Part shown: positions 20,410 to 30,345 of the stretch, piece after piece
Layout: each line of letters begins with the position of its first letter
Numbering within the stretch: position 1 is the stretch's first letter
DNA from: an uncultured Dorea sp.
Lineage (GTDB): Bacteria; Bacillota; Clostridia; Lachnospirales; Lachnospiraceae
Direction of reading: 5' to 3'
Assembly (NCBI GenBank): GCA_947647815.1
Contig: CANSLW010000001.1
Location: 215-64,214 of the forward strand
Length of the DNA stretch: 64,000 nt
Made by a program: the position numbers and the translations under genes
Notes under the pieces: generated by a model
What the model was told of the DNA's origin: nothing
What the model saw: the letters and a program-made list of their open reading frames with translations, nothing else
Database searches by the model: none

Positions 20410-21522
20410 GTGGCAGATTTCTATTTTCAGATGCGGAATATGACGGTTGGATATCATGGCAGTCCATTAATCCGTGATATTAATATCGGAATCAATAAAG
20501 GGGAGATTATAACGCTGATTGGTCCCAACGGTTCGGGAAAATCCACGATTTTGAAGAGTATTACAAGACAGCTTCGGATGATTGGAGGAGAGGTATATTT
20601 TGAAGACAGGAACCTGCGTGAAATGTCTTACCGGGAACTGGCTGCACGTATGGCAGTCGTATTGACTGAACGTGTCAAAACAGAACTTATGACTTGCCAC
20701 GATATCGTTGCATCAGGCAGATATCCCTATACAGGAAGGCTTGGAATCCTGTCGGAAAGAGATGAGGAGAAGATAGAGGAGTCTTTGCGGGCGGTGAATG
20801 CAAAGGAGCTGGGAAATTGTGATTTTAATGTGATTAGTGATGGACAGAGGCAGAGAGTGCTGCTTGCTAGAGCAATCTGTCAGGAGCCGGACGTCATGAT
20901 TCTGGATGAGCCGACTTCTTTCTTAGATATCAGGCATAAGTTAGAGCTGCTGGCGGTTCTTGAGAGGATGGCTAAGAGGGAAAATATCACGGTGATTATG
21001 TCTTTGCATGAGATTGATCTGGCGCAGAAGGTCTCGGATAAGATTCTGTGTGTGAAGGGCGAGACTATCTCACATTATGGAATGCCGGAGGAGATTTTTA
21101 AGGAAGAGATTATCAGGGATCTCTACGAGATAGATAATGGATTCTATGATCCATGCTTTGGCAGTATCGAACTGCCGCGGCCGGAAGGTGAACCGAAAGT
21201 GCTGGTAATCTCTAGCGGCGGAACCGGAATACCGGTGTATAGAAGGCTCCGGAAAGAAGGGGTTCCGTTTGCAGCAGGTATTCTGTACCGGAATGATGTG
21301 GACTATCAGCTGGCTAGTTTACTGGCATCCAGGGTAATTGCTGAGGAACCATTTCAGGAGATAGGGGATACGGCATATCAGCTGGCAATGGATACAGTGT
21401 ACAAGTGTGACAGGGTGATAAATGCAGGAATCAGAATCGGAACTTGTAACCGGAGAGTTGAGGAGATCCTTGAAGCGGCTAGAAAAGCAGGGAAACTTAC
21501 CCGTTTGCCTGAATCAGTTTAA
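20410..21522 (+). CDS. FecE/BtuD-like ABC ATP-binding protein with C-terminal extension
   Basis: GPNGSGKS, ISDGQRQR, ILDEPT. Confidence 0.9.
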   Translation: MADFYFQMRNMTVGYHGSPLIRDINIGINKGEIITLIGPNGSGKSTILKSITRQLRMIGGEVYFEDRNLREMSYRELAARMAVVLTERVKTELMTCHDIVASGRYPYTGRLGILSERDEEKIEESLRAVNAKELGNCDFNVISDGQRQRVLLARAICQEPDVMILDEPTSFLDIRHKLELLAVLERMAKRENITVIMSLHEIDLAQKVSDKILCVKGETISHYGMPEEIFKEEIIRDLYEIDNGFYDPCFGSIELPRPEGEPKVLVISSGGTGIPVYRRLRKEGVPFAAGILYRNDVDYQLASLLASRVIAEEPFQEIGDTAYQLAMDTVYKCDRVINAGIRIGTCNRRVEEILEAARKAGKLTRLPESV

Positions 21523-21545
21523 GTTTTCTGTAGTTTTGCCGATAT
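21519..21545 (+). promoter_or_regulatory. Sigma-28 (SigD/FliA)-type promoter
   Basis: TTAA-N15-GCCGATAT upstream of the 21649 gene. Confidence 0.6.
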
Positions 21546-21648
21546 TAAAAATAGTTAATGTTTTATATGAATGAATAAAGCAGGGATGTTTATACTTGAT
21601 AATCATGCGATAAATGATAGTATCGGCAACGACAGGGAGGTGTGCTTT

Positions 21649-22542
21649 GTGAACTTTTTTATGATGCAGTCGATAGGTGCATATACAAGAAATATGGAGA
21701 TGCAGCTAAAGTGGCAGCAGAAGAAGGAGAATAATGATTTCACTGCAGATGGAAGTATGAAGTTGGATGCGACGGCACGGCAGGCTGAAGAAATTAGGCT
21801 GTCCCAGGCGGACGGATCGGCAAAATTCGCTTCACAAATCAGGTCAAAGCTGGCGAATGGGCAGAAACTGACAAAGGAAGAGATGGAGTATCTTGAGAAG
21901 AATGATCCTCAGACCTACCAGAAAGTGAAAGCTATCGAGGCCGAGAAGAAGAGCTATGAGAAAGAACTGAAGAGATGTAAAACAAAGGAAGAAGTTCAGA
22001 GAGTGAGGATGAATCACACGGCAGCTTCCTTAAGTGCGGTGAACAGTATTAAAAATAATCCTGCGATACCCGAAGGAAAGAAGCTGGAACTAATCTGGCA
22101 GGAACATCAAAAGAATATGGCGTTGGAAGAAATCACAAAAGAATTTGTAGAAAGCGGCGGATATGCACAGCTTCCGACAGAGGCAGAGAAGGCGGAAGCC
22201 GAGAAAGAGATGAAAGAAGCCAAAGAGGCTGAGATGGGAATCAAAGATCCGGCGTCAGATATCGAAGAGAAAGATCCAGCGTCAGACGAGACAGAAGCCG
22301 ATAGTGCAGAGAAAGCCGGCAGTACGAAGAAAGATACCGCCGCAGATAAGGCAAAGGAAGCGGCCGCCCATGAAGCAGTGCAAAGGAGCAGAGCAGCTTT
22401 GCAGGAACGCAGGATGACCCGGGCAGAAGCTGAGTCAACACCGGAAGCCTTGAAAGTGAAGCGTGCCAGGGCAAAGGCGGCATACAAAGAGAATCTGGAT
22501 AGCCAGATACCAATGCAGCTGTATAATGTGAAAGTGGAATAG
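21649..22542 (+). CDS. Hypothetical charged/coiled-coil protein
   Basis: Long ORF; GTG after GGGAGG; 'KLANGQKLTKEEMEYL' segment. Confidence 0.75.
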   Translation: MNFFMMQSIGAYTRNMEMQLKWQQKKENNDFTADGSMKLDATARQAEEIRLSQADGSAKFASQIRSKLANGQKLTKEEMEYLEKNDPQTYQKVKAIEAEKKSYEKELKRCKTKEEVQRVRMNHTAASLSAVNSIKNNPAIPEGKKLELIWQEHQKNMALEEITKEFVESGGYAQLPTEAEKAEAEKEMKEAKEAEMGIKDPASDIEEKDPASDETEADSAEKAGSTKKDTAADKAKEAAAHEAVQRSRAALQERRMTRAEAESTPEALKVKRARAKAAYKENLDSQIPMQLYNVKVE

Positions 22543-22577
22543 AAAAAAACTCGCTGGAATTAACCGGCGAGTTTTTT
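22543..22577. terminator. Bidirectional intrinsic terminator
   Basis: AAAAAAACTCGCTGG-AATTAA-CCGGCGAGTTTTTT between convergent genes. Confidence 0.8.
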
Positions 22578-22584
22578 AACAGGC

Positions 22585-23802
22585 TTATATCTCAATATCA
22601 ATCTCTAGATTATTCATATTCGCCAGATGCATCTGAGTATACAGAATAATGGTATCTCCTTCCCTAAGTATCATATTTCCGTTAGGAATCAAAGCTTTAT
22701 TCTTGCGTTTCACCAGAATAATAATCGTCTTTCGCGAGATATCCAGATCCCGGATGCGCTGGCCGTTCCATGGATTATGTTTCTGCAGGACAATCTCCTT
22801 TAGATTAATATGTTCGCGGTCATTGAAGGATTCAGCCCCAAGTACGATGGTGTCGTTTGCATTTAACACAGTATCACCCCGGGGAATAAGAATCTGGTGA
22901 TTCCGTTTGATAACAGCGACAATCACCTTTTCGGGAAGTCCCAGTTGTAAGATGTTTTTCCCAACCCAAGGATCACGTTCTGTAAGACGTATTTTAATAA
23001 AATGAATAGCTTCTTCCTGCCCGTATTCACTGATTCGTTTGATCTGTGTATACTGGTCAACGAATCCGGCAGAGATGATACCGGTAGGAATCGCAACCAT
23101 ACCGACACCCAGAAAGGAGATGAAGATACCAAATATTTTCCCCATAGATGTGATGGGATAGATATCTCCATATCCTACGGTAAGCAGTGTGGATACCGAC
23201 CACCAGATTCCGGAAAATGCATTACTGAACACTTTAGGCTGGGCATTATGTTCCAGACTGTACATACACAGGCTGGAGGCAAGCATGAGCACCAGGATAA
23301 TGAATACAGAAGAAAATAGCTGCTGACGCTTACTGGTAATGACTTCGGTAATCACATTTAACGAGTCATAATATGCCGTAATCCGGAACAGACGGAAGAT
23401 GCGTACGATACGGAACATCCGGAATGCAACCGCTCCTGACGGGAAGAAAACCGGCAGGTAATAAGGCAAGAACGAAAGCAAGTCCACGATGCCTGTAAAT
23501 GAAAAGACATATTTCGAGAGAGCACGCGGACTGCTTAACTCAGGATACAGATATTTGGCAGTCCATAGTCTCAGGATATAATCGATGAAGAAGAAGGCGA
23601 TGGTAACCTTCTCTATAATCAGAAGCCAGAAACCATATGTTCCTCTGATCTCATCAAAAGTATAAAGAATACTGACTGCCAGATTCAGTATGATTACGAA
23701 GGTATTTAGAAAGTCATACCCCCGGCTGATCCAGTCGATGTCATTTCCAACTTCTACGATTTCAAAAAGCCGTCTTCGGTGTCTTTCCCAGGATATTTCC
23801 AT
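22585..23802 (-). CDS. Voltage-gated K+ channel-like ion transporter with two TrkA-C/RCK-C domains
   Basis: S4-like RMFRIVRIFRLFRI, filter TVGYGD, tandem 'IPRGDT' / 'IPNGNM' domains. Confidence 0.9.
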   Translation of the reverse strand: MEISWERHRRRLFEIVEVGNDIDWISRGYDFLNTFVIILNLAVSILYTFDEIRGTYGFWLLIIEKVTIAFFFIDYILRLWTAKYLYPELSSPRALSKYVFSFTGIVDLLSFLPYYLPVFFPSGAVAFRMFRIVRIFRLFRITAYYDSLNVITEVITSKRQQLFSSVFIILVLMLASSLCMYSLEHNAQPKVFSNAFSGIWWSVSTLLTVGYGDIYPITSMGKIFGIFISFLGVGMVAIPTGIISAGFVDQYTQIKRISEYGQEEAIHFIKIRLTERDPWVGKNILQLGLPEKVIVAVIKRNHQILIPRGDTVLNANDTIVLGAESFNDREHINLKEIVLQKHNPWNGQRIRDLDISRKTIIILVKRKNKALIPNGNMILREGDTIILYTQMHLANMNNLEIDIEI

Positions 23803-23843
23803 GGCAATATGACCTCCAATTTGTTTCTTAGGAAATAAAATAA

Positions 23844-25214
23844 CTATATATTCTCGGTAATATGCCGTGCCACATACACTCCGCTCGCTGAGGCATGGGA
23901 GAGTGAATGAGTGACTCCGCTTCCGTCTCCGATGATATACAGACCCTTGTGTTTACTTTCCAGATTCTCATCAAGTTCCACTTCCATGTTATAGAATTTC
24001 ACCTCTACGCCGTAGAGCAATGTGTCGTCATTGGCGGTTCCCGGTGCAATCTTATCCAGAGCATATATCATCTCGATGATACCGTCCATGATTCTTTTTG
24101 GCAGCACAAGGCTTAAGTCTCCAGGTGTTGCGGCAAGGGTAGGAGTAACCAGGCCTTCTGAGATTCGGTTTGCGGTGCTTCGCCTTCCTCTGACCAGATC
24201 GCCGAATCGTTGTACGATTACGCCTCCGCCGAGCATATTAGAGAGTCTGGCGATACTTTCACCATATCCGTTGCTGTCTTTGAATGGCTCTGAGAAATGT
24301 TTGGCTACCAGCAGCGCAAAGTTGGTATTATCTGTCTGGTGTTCCGTATCTTCATAGCTGTGTCCGTTGACAGTGACAATTCCATTGGTATTTTCATTTA
24401 CAACAATTCCGTAAGGATTCATACAGAAAGTACGCACATTGTCTTCGAACTTCTCTGTGCGGTAGACAATCTTGCTCTCATATAGTTCGTCGGTCAAATG
24501 AGAGAAGATGACAGCCGGAAGTTCAACACGGACGCCGATATCTACACGATTAGATTTTGTCGGGATGTCAAGGTCACTACAGATTTTTTCCATCCATTTA
24601 CTTCCGCTTCTTCCGACAGAGACGATACATTTTTCGCAGTCGGCGGTATGATTGCCATAGTGGACACGGTAACCCTTGTCGGTACATTCCAGGCTATCTA
24701 TTGCAGTGTTGAAATAAAAGTCTATCTTGTCTTTCAATTCATCATATAATTTCTCGAGGACGACATAGTTAATATCCGTTCCAAGATGGCGGACGGAAGC
24801 ATCCAGAAGCTTCAGCTTATTCTGCAGGCAGACCTTTTTAAACTGTGTTCCTGCAGTAGAATACATCCGGGTCTGTTCGCCGCCGTGGGAGGTATTGATG
24901 TCATCGACATAGCGCATCAGGTCTAGCGCCTGCTCTTTGCCGATATACTCGTAGAGCGTTCCGCCAAAGTCATTGGTGATATTATATTTCCCATCAGAAA
25001 ATGCACCTGCACCGCCGAACCCATTCATGATCGCACAGGTTTTACATTTGATGCAGGATTTTACTTTCTTGCCGTCGATGGGGCAGTGCCTGTCTTTTAA
25101 TGGAACACCAGCCTCAAAGACGGCAATCTTAAGTTCTTTATTTTTCTGGATCAGTTCGTATGCGGAGAAGATGCCGCCAGGGCCGGCTCCGACAATAATT
25201 ACATTATAATTCAT
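23844..25214 (-). CDS. NAD(P)/FAD-dependent oxidoreductase
   Basis: VGAGPGG, GGAGAFSDGK, VDIGVRVE, VRTFCMNP. Confidence 0.85.
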   Translation of the reverse strand: MNYNVIIVGAGPGGIFSAYELIQKNKELKIAVFEAGVPLKDRHCPIDGKKVKSCIKCKTCAIMNGFGGAGAFSDGKYNITNDFGGTLYEYIGKEQALDLMRYVDDINTSHGGEQTRMYSTAGTQFKKVCLQNKLKLLDASVRHLGTDINYVVLEKLYDELKDKIDFYFNTAIDSLECTDKGYRVHYGNHTADCEKCIVSVGRSGSKWMEKICSDLDIPTKSNRVDIGVRVELPAVIFSHLTDELYESKIVYRTEKFEDNVRTFCMNPYGIVVNENTNGIVTVNGHSYEDTEHQTDNTNFALLVAKHFSEPFKDSNGYGESIARLSNMLGGGVIVQRFGDLVRGRRSTANRISEGLVTPTLAATPGDLSLVLPKRIMDGIIEMIYALDKIAPGTANDDTLLYGVEVKFYNMEVELDENLESKHKGLYIIGDGSGVTHSLSHASASGVYVARHITENI

Positions 25215-25500
25215 GGATTATTACTCCCTTCTTAATGGTGATTTGTTTATAGTTATAGTACTTGGCAGCAAGTTGGATTTTACATTGTATGATTGGTTAG
25301 ATTCCTAAAAAGAGCCATAACAATTAGTAGCAGATAGTAGAGACATCCGGTACTTTTAGCTAATTGTTACGGCAGTTCATACACAGGTTTATTACCATTC
25401 TCAATTATAAAGTGGAGAGAAAAAACCGTCAAGACTATTTTATAAATCTGTGCAAAGTACTAAGTTTTGTCATCAGATATTGTATAATATATACAAAGTC

Positions 25501-26832
25501 TTATGGTACAGCTTTGCCATTACGTAAAACATAAGAAAGGAATAAGGTAAAGGTCAGTAAAAGGCACAATCCCTCAGCCAGTGCAGCTGCCCACCAGATT
25601 CCGTTCCCGCCAAAGAGAGCCGTCAGGATGCGAAGGCTTAAGGCAACGAAGAGAAATCCTCTGCCAAGAGAGATTGCCATGGCAGACTTCGGGTATTCAA
25701 TGGCAGTGAAGAAGCCTCCAATGATGACATTGAATCCGCAGAGCAGGAACGAGTAAGAAAAGGTATGAAAAACTTCTACAGAAGCATCACGTAGTTCCTG
25801 CAGCGCAGAAGAGATAAACAGGCTGACTAAAGGAGCGGCAATAATCTTGGATATAATGAAAGCAGCGATGGAGAACATTGTACCAAAGCATAGGGCATAT
25901 TTCAGTAGTTTATGATATTTGTAAGGCATTCCCTTTCCATAATAATAGCTGACTAACGGTTGTATCCCCTGAGCGATGCCTGCCATGGACATCACGATGA
26001 TAGTGCTGACATAAGTAACGATGGTGTAACTGACGATATATTCTTCGTTCAGATATGTCAGGATGGCATGGTTGAACAGGAAGATTACGATTCCGGCGGA
26101 GAATTCTGTGATTCCAGAGGATAAGCCGATCTTCACAGTCCGCCATGCAAGTCCTGTAGATGGTAAGAACCGCACCAGTTTCATATGCGTCTTGCTGCTG
26201 CAAAAATGCGTCAGATATAGCAGGACGACTGCCAGCTGTGATAAGCCTGTCGCGAATGCCGCACCCCAGACGCCTTTGCAAAAGACGATGACGAACAGAT
26301 AGTCCAGGATACAGTTCAGAACAGCGCCGGCTGTGACGATGACCGTCGCTTTCATGGGATACCCGTCGGTCTTGATCAGTACTTCCAATGAATAGGAGCA
26401 GATGAAGAAGACGCTGAAACAGGCAATCGTCGTAATATATGTCTGCACATATTCTATGGTAGGTTCTGTTGCTCCGAGAAACAAAGCGATGCTTTCTGAT
26501 TTCCACAGGACAACAGCAGTGAGCAGGGCGGATACCAGGATTACGGTCAGGATATTCTGAGTAAATACTTCCTTGGCTTTTTCGTCCTCTTTTTGTCCTA
26601 ACAGGATTGCAATTACGGTAGAAGAACCAACGGCGAACATCAAAGCCACAGAAAATAATAATGTCACAAAAGGCATGGCAATATTGACGCCGGACAGTGC
26701 AAGTTCCGATACACCTCTTGCCACGAATAAACCGTCAATCATAGTATAGAGGGCGAAAACCCATTGAGCGATTAATGACGGAATGATAAAACGAAAGAAA
26801 TCCTGTCTTAATGATTTCCCTTCTAGCTTCAT
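25501..26832 (-). CDS. MATE family efflux transporter
   Basis: About 12 TM, 'LYTMIDGLFVARGV', 'LNCILDYLF'. Confidence 0.9.
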   Translation of the reverse strand: MKLEGKSLRQDFFRFIIPSLIAQWVFALYTMIDGLFVARGVSELALSGVNIAMPFVTLLFSVALMFAVGSSTVIAILLGQKEDEKAKEVFTQNILTVILVSALLTAVVLWKSESIALFLGATEPTIEYVQTYITTIACFSVFFICSYSLEVLIKTDGYPMKATVIVTAGAVLNCILDYLFVIVFCKGVWGAAFATGLSQLAVVLLYLTHFCSSKTHMKLVRFLPSTGLAWRTVKIGLSSGITEFSAGIVIFLFNHAILTYLNEEYIVSYTIVTYVSTIIVMSMAGIAQGIQPLVSYYYGKGMPYKYHKLLKYALCFGTMFSIAAFIISKIIAAPLVSLFISSALQELRDASVEVFHTFSYSFLLCGFNVIIGGFFTAIEYPKSAMAISLGRGFLFVALSLRILTALFGGNGIWWAAALAEGLCLLLTFTLFLSYVLRNGKAVP

Positions 26833-27020
26833 TAATAAAACCTCCAGTCTTTTAAGCCTTAGTATCATAACAGAGTTAAGGCTTGTTGTAAAGAAGTAGA
26901 ATAGAGAGGGAATATAGAGGGTGTGTATTTGTAAAGATAATTATTTATATTCTTCATGGATTATAGTTGTAAATTTTTCAGGTGAATGCTAGAATGAACG
27001 AAGATTGAGACGGGGATATT

Positions 27021-27085
27021 TTCGTGAGCAATGAGCCAGGTGGCTGTTTGCAGGTATTTGGTGATTGCCGCGAGGTCTTTGACTT
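27021..27085 (+). repeat. Dispersed ~60-bp intergenic repeat
   Basis: TTCGTGAGCAATGAGCCAGGTGGCTGTTTGCAGGTATTTGGTGATTGCCGCGAGG aligns without gaps to the 49073 copy. Confidence 0.75.
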
Positions 27086-27139
27086 ATGGATTTGGAGACA
27101 AAAGAGCGGATAGGGAACAAGTAGGGAGGAAAGAAACAA

Positions 27140-28027
27140 ATGATGGGGAAGATGAATATTAAGAAGAAAGAAGGTTTGACGCAGGCTGCTTTTATTGTAA
27201 TGGGATGCCTGACTTACTCAATAGGTCTGAATATGCTGATTACACCGCTGAATCTGTATAATGGAGGTTTTATGGGTATTGCACAGCTGATTCGTACACT
27301 TCTGGTCAGTGTCCTGCATATTCAGGTACCGCAAGGTATGGATATTGCAGGCGCAATTTATTATATTCTGAATGTTCCGTTATTCTATATGGGATATAAG
27401 GTGATGGGAAAAGATTTCTTGATGAAGTCGTTGTTTGGTACGACTGTGATCAGTATCTTTCTGGTGCTGGTTCCAGTGCCCGTAACACCGATTATTGAAG
27501 ATTATCTGACAGCCTGTATCATAGGAGGGATTATAGCAGGCGCCGGAAGCGGGCTGATTCTGCGGGGAAGGGGAACAGCCGGCGGCCCTGATATCATAGG
27601 CATGTGCTGCTTGAAGAAACGGATGAATATCAGTGTGGGACAGGTTAATATTCTGTTGAATCTGGTTGTATATGGAATCTGTCTGTTTATGTTCGATATT
27701 GAGATTGTGGTCTATTCTTTAATCTATGCAACTGTATTTGCATTGACGGTTGATAAGGTGCATATTCAGAATATTAATACAAGCGTTATGATCTTTACTA
27801 AGAAGCTGGGAATATCCCAGGCGATTATGGATCAGATAGGACGGGGGGTTACCACCTGGGACGGCGAAGGAGCTTATACTCATATGCGTTCGTATATTTT
27901 GTTTGTAATGATCTCAAAATACGAAGTAAGCCAGATTAAGCAGATTGTACATAGTATTGATCCGAATGCTTTTATGATTCTAACTGAAGGTTCGACAGTA
28001 ATTGGAAATTTTGAGAAGAGGCTTTAA
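27140..28027 (+). CDS. YitT family membrane protein
   Basis: LYNGGFMGIAQ, NVPLF, GRGVT..GEGAYT, IDPNAF. Confidence 0.9.
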   Translation: MMGKMNIKKKEGLTQAAFIVMGCLTYSIGLNMLITPLNLYNGGFMGIAQLIRTLLVSVLHIQVPQGMDIAGAIYYILNVPLFYMGYKVMGKDFLMKSLFGTTVISIFLVLVPVPVTPIIEDYLTACIIGGIIAGAGSGLILRGRGTAGGPDIIGMCCLKKRMNISVGQVNILLNLVVYGICLFMFDIEIVVYSLIYATVFALTVDKVHIQNINTSVMIFTKKLGISQAIMDQIGRGVTTWDGEGAYTHMRSYILFVMISKYEVSQIKQIVHSIDPNAFMILTEGSTVIGNFEKRL

Positions 28028-28229
28028 TGTCATACACAAAAAGCAGTCGTTCTCTATTTTAGATGCGCCAGAGAAAATCTGATATTCTATTTATACTTCC
28101 TGTTTTAACTAGCTGACGTTGTTTGTGAACAGTAATCTTATACTTTGTGCATTTTTATCATATACTGTAGATTATAGACAAATGAAAGGAAATCAGGTAC
28201 AATATAGTGCAAATAAATGGGAGACAGAT

Positions 28230-29060
28230 ATGAAAAAAATAAAAGAAATATATCAAAAATTTTCGAATATTTCTGCGGATATTGCAGCAGACCATGTGGG
28301 AGCCTATGCTGCACAGTCAGCATATTTTTTTATGTTATGTATGATTCCGATTATCTTGTTGCTTCTTACAATGGTACAATATACGCCTGTTACAAAAGCA
28401 GATGTTATGACTGCTGTGATTCAGGTATTTCCGGCATCTGTTGACTCTCTGATTACATCTATAGTAAATCAGGTGTATAACCAGTCTACAGGAGTCATTC
28501 CGGTTACGATTATCGTGGCATTATGGTCAGCAGGAAAAGGCGTACTGGCGATGACATCCGGACTTAATTGCATTTATAGCTGCCGGGAGACGCGTAACTA
28601 TATTGTTCTGCGCATCAGAGCAACGATATACACAGTTTTATTTATTGTGGTAATCATATTGCTGCTTGTATTGTCGGTATTTGGAAATACTTTGAATCTG
28701 TTTATTGCGGCACATATTCCGTTTCTTAAGAGGATAGCGGATTGGCTGATTGAGACCCGTGCAGTTATTACACCGACAGTTCTGGTTCTGTTTTCGCTGA
28801 TGATCTATCGTTTTTTGCCTAACAGGAAAGGGCGGTTTCGGGATCAGCTTCCGGGAGCTATGTTTACGGCTGTCGGATGGATGGTGGTATCATGGGTGTT
28901 TTCTATTTATCTGGATGTGTTCAAAGGATTTTCCAGTATGTATGGAAGCCTTACAACGATTGTGCTGATTATGTTGTGGATGTATTTCTGTATGTACTGC
29001 ATTCTGCTTGGCGGAGAGATGAATGTGCTGCTAACAGGAAAGATATTTGAGAAAAAATAA
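28230..29060 (+). CDS. YihY/BrkB family membrane protein
   Basis: AAQSAYFF, ALWSAGKG, YGSLTTIVLIMLWMY...GGE. Confidence 0.9.
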   Translation: MKKIKEIYQKFSNISADIAADHVGAYAAQSAYFFMLCMIPIILLLLTMVQYTPVTKADVMTAVIQVFPASVDSLITSIVNQVYNQSTGVIPVTIIVALWSAGKGVLAMTSGLNCIYSCRETRNYIVLRIRATIYTVLFIVVIILLLVLSVFGNTLNLFIAAHIPFLKRIADWLIETRAVITPTVLVLFSLMIYRFLPNRKGRFRDQLPGAMFTAVGWMVVSWVFSIYLDVFKGFSSMYGSLTTIVLIMLWMYFCMYCILLGGEMNVLLTGKIFEKK

Positions 29061-29274
29061 GCTCCTAATGGTAAATCTTAACATGGAATTAAGAATACTT
29101 TAAGTTGTCTCTTTCCTGACAAGAGAGTATAATTAATGACATGAAGATAAAAGAGAAGACGATACAGATTGGCTCAATATGTATGCAAATGTCGATATAA
29201 TGGTAAAAAAGGAAGGTGATTTTTACATATTGAGTGGATATTAAGAGGTATTGAACCATAGAGGAGAAGAATGG

Positions 29275-30156
29275 ATGCGTACGGACCATAGGAGAAGGAT
29301 ATATTATAGACGGAGGCGTCAGGTGCAGCGTCAGATGATCTTGATTGGCTGGTCACTGCTTCTTGTGGCAGGAGTCTTAAGTCTTTGTATGGGAAGAAGT
29401 AATCTGGCAGGGAATGAGGCGCAGAAGGTCGTAAAATCAGGAAATCAAAAGGATGCGAATAAGGTAAAGAATATTACGATAGAGGTTGAAAGTGAAGAGG
29501 AGAGAATAGAGCGTATCAGAGAAGAGGCAAAAGAAAAGGGTTATCCAGAAGGCGTAATAGAATTATTGGATAAGAATGCAGAGACTGTAGAGTTTGTAGA
29601 GCATTATGAAGAGAAGATAAATGTTCCAAGTGCTGATACCATCGGAGATGTCCTGACAGCAGGAGAGATCCCCAAGTTATATCAGTGGGATGAACGTTGG
29701 GGATATGCTCCTTATGGGACGAGCATTGTAGCGGTCAGTGGCTGTGGACCAACTTGTATGGCGATGGTTGCAGCGGGACTTACAAATGATCCGTCTATTA
29801 CACCTGCTAAGGTAGCTGCATATGGAACAGAGAATGATTATGTGGATGAATATAATGATACGTATTGGAGATTCATGAAAGAAGCAGGTGTGAACTGGAA
29901 CCTGTCCTGTTATGACGGGGTTTTGACAGAAGAGCAGGTCCGGGATGAACTGCAGGCGGGACATCCGATTATCTGCAGTGTCGGCCCAGGAGACTTTACG
30001 CAGAATGGACACTTTATTGTATTGACACAGTATGCGGAAGGCAAGGTCAAGATTAATGATCCGTTCAGTAAAAAGAACAGCAGTAAAGAATGGGTATTTG
30101 CAGAGATTTCGGATCAGATTATGGCTATGTGGGTTTTCTCTGTAAATCAAGGATAG
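29275..30156 (+). CDS. C39-like peptidase (membrane-anchored)
   Basis: QWDERWG, SGCGPTCMAM, GHFIVL, INDP. Confidence 0.85.
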   Translation: MRTDHRRRIYYRRRRQVQRQMILIGWSLLLVAGVLSLCMGRSNLAGNEAQKVVKSGNQKDANKVKNITIEVESEEERIERIREEAKEKGYPEGVIELLDKNAETVEFVEHYEEKINVPSADTIGDVLTAGEIPKLYQWDERWGYAPYGTSIVAVSGCGPTCMAMVAAGLTNDPSITPAKVAAYGTENDYVDEYNDTYWRFMKEAGVNWNLSCYDGVLTEEQVRDELQAGHPIICSVGPGDFTQNGHFIVLTQYAEGKVKINDPFSKKNSSKEWVFAEISDQIMAMWVFSVNQG

Positions 30157-30345
30157 TGCTTATATATCGAGAATGTTATAAAAATGGAAATAGATGAAGA
30201 GTGATAAAAACAGTGGTTTAACATTATAAGATGGTAAACCATTGTTTTTATTTTAGTAGATGCTCCCCATCTGTTATTATATCTGAAATAAATATTAGAC
30301 ATATATATGGGGGTGTTATATAATAATTATTAAATCAGGGGGAAT

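Noticed and set aside
22240-22290. Tandem KDPASD repeat in the hypothetical protein
   Set aside because: Short in-frame duplication in a low-complexity linker; no sign of function.
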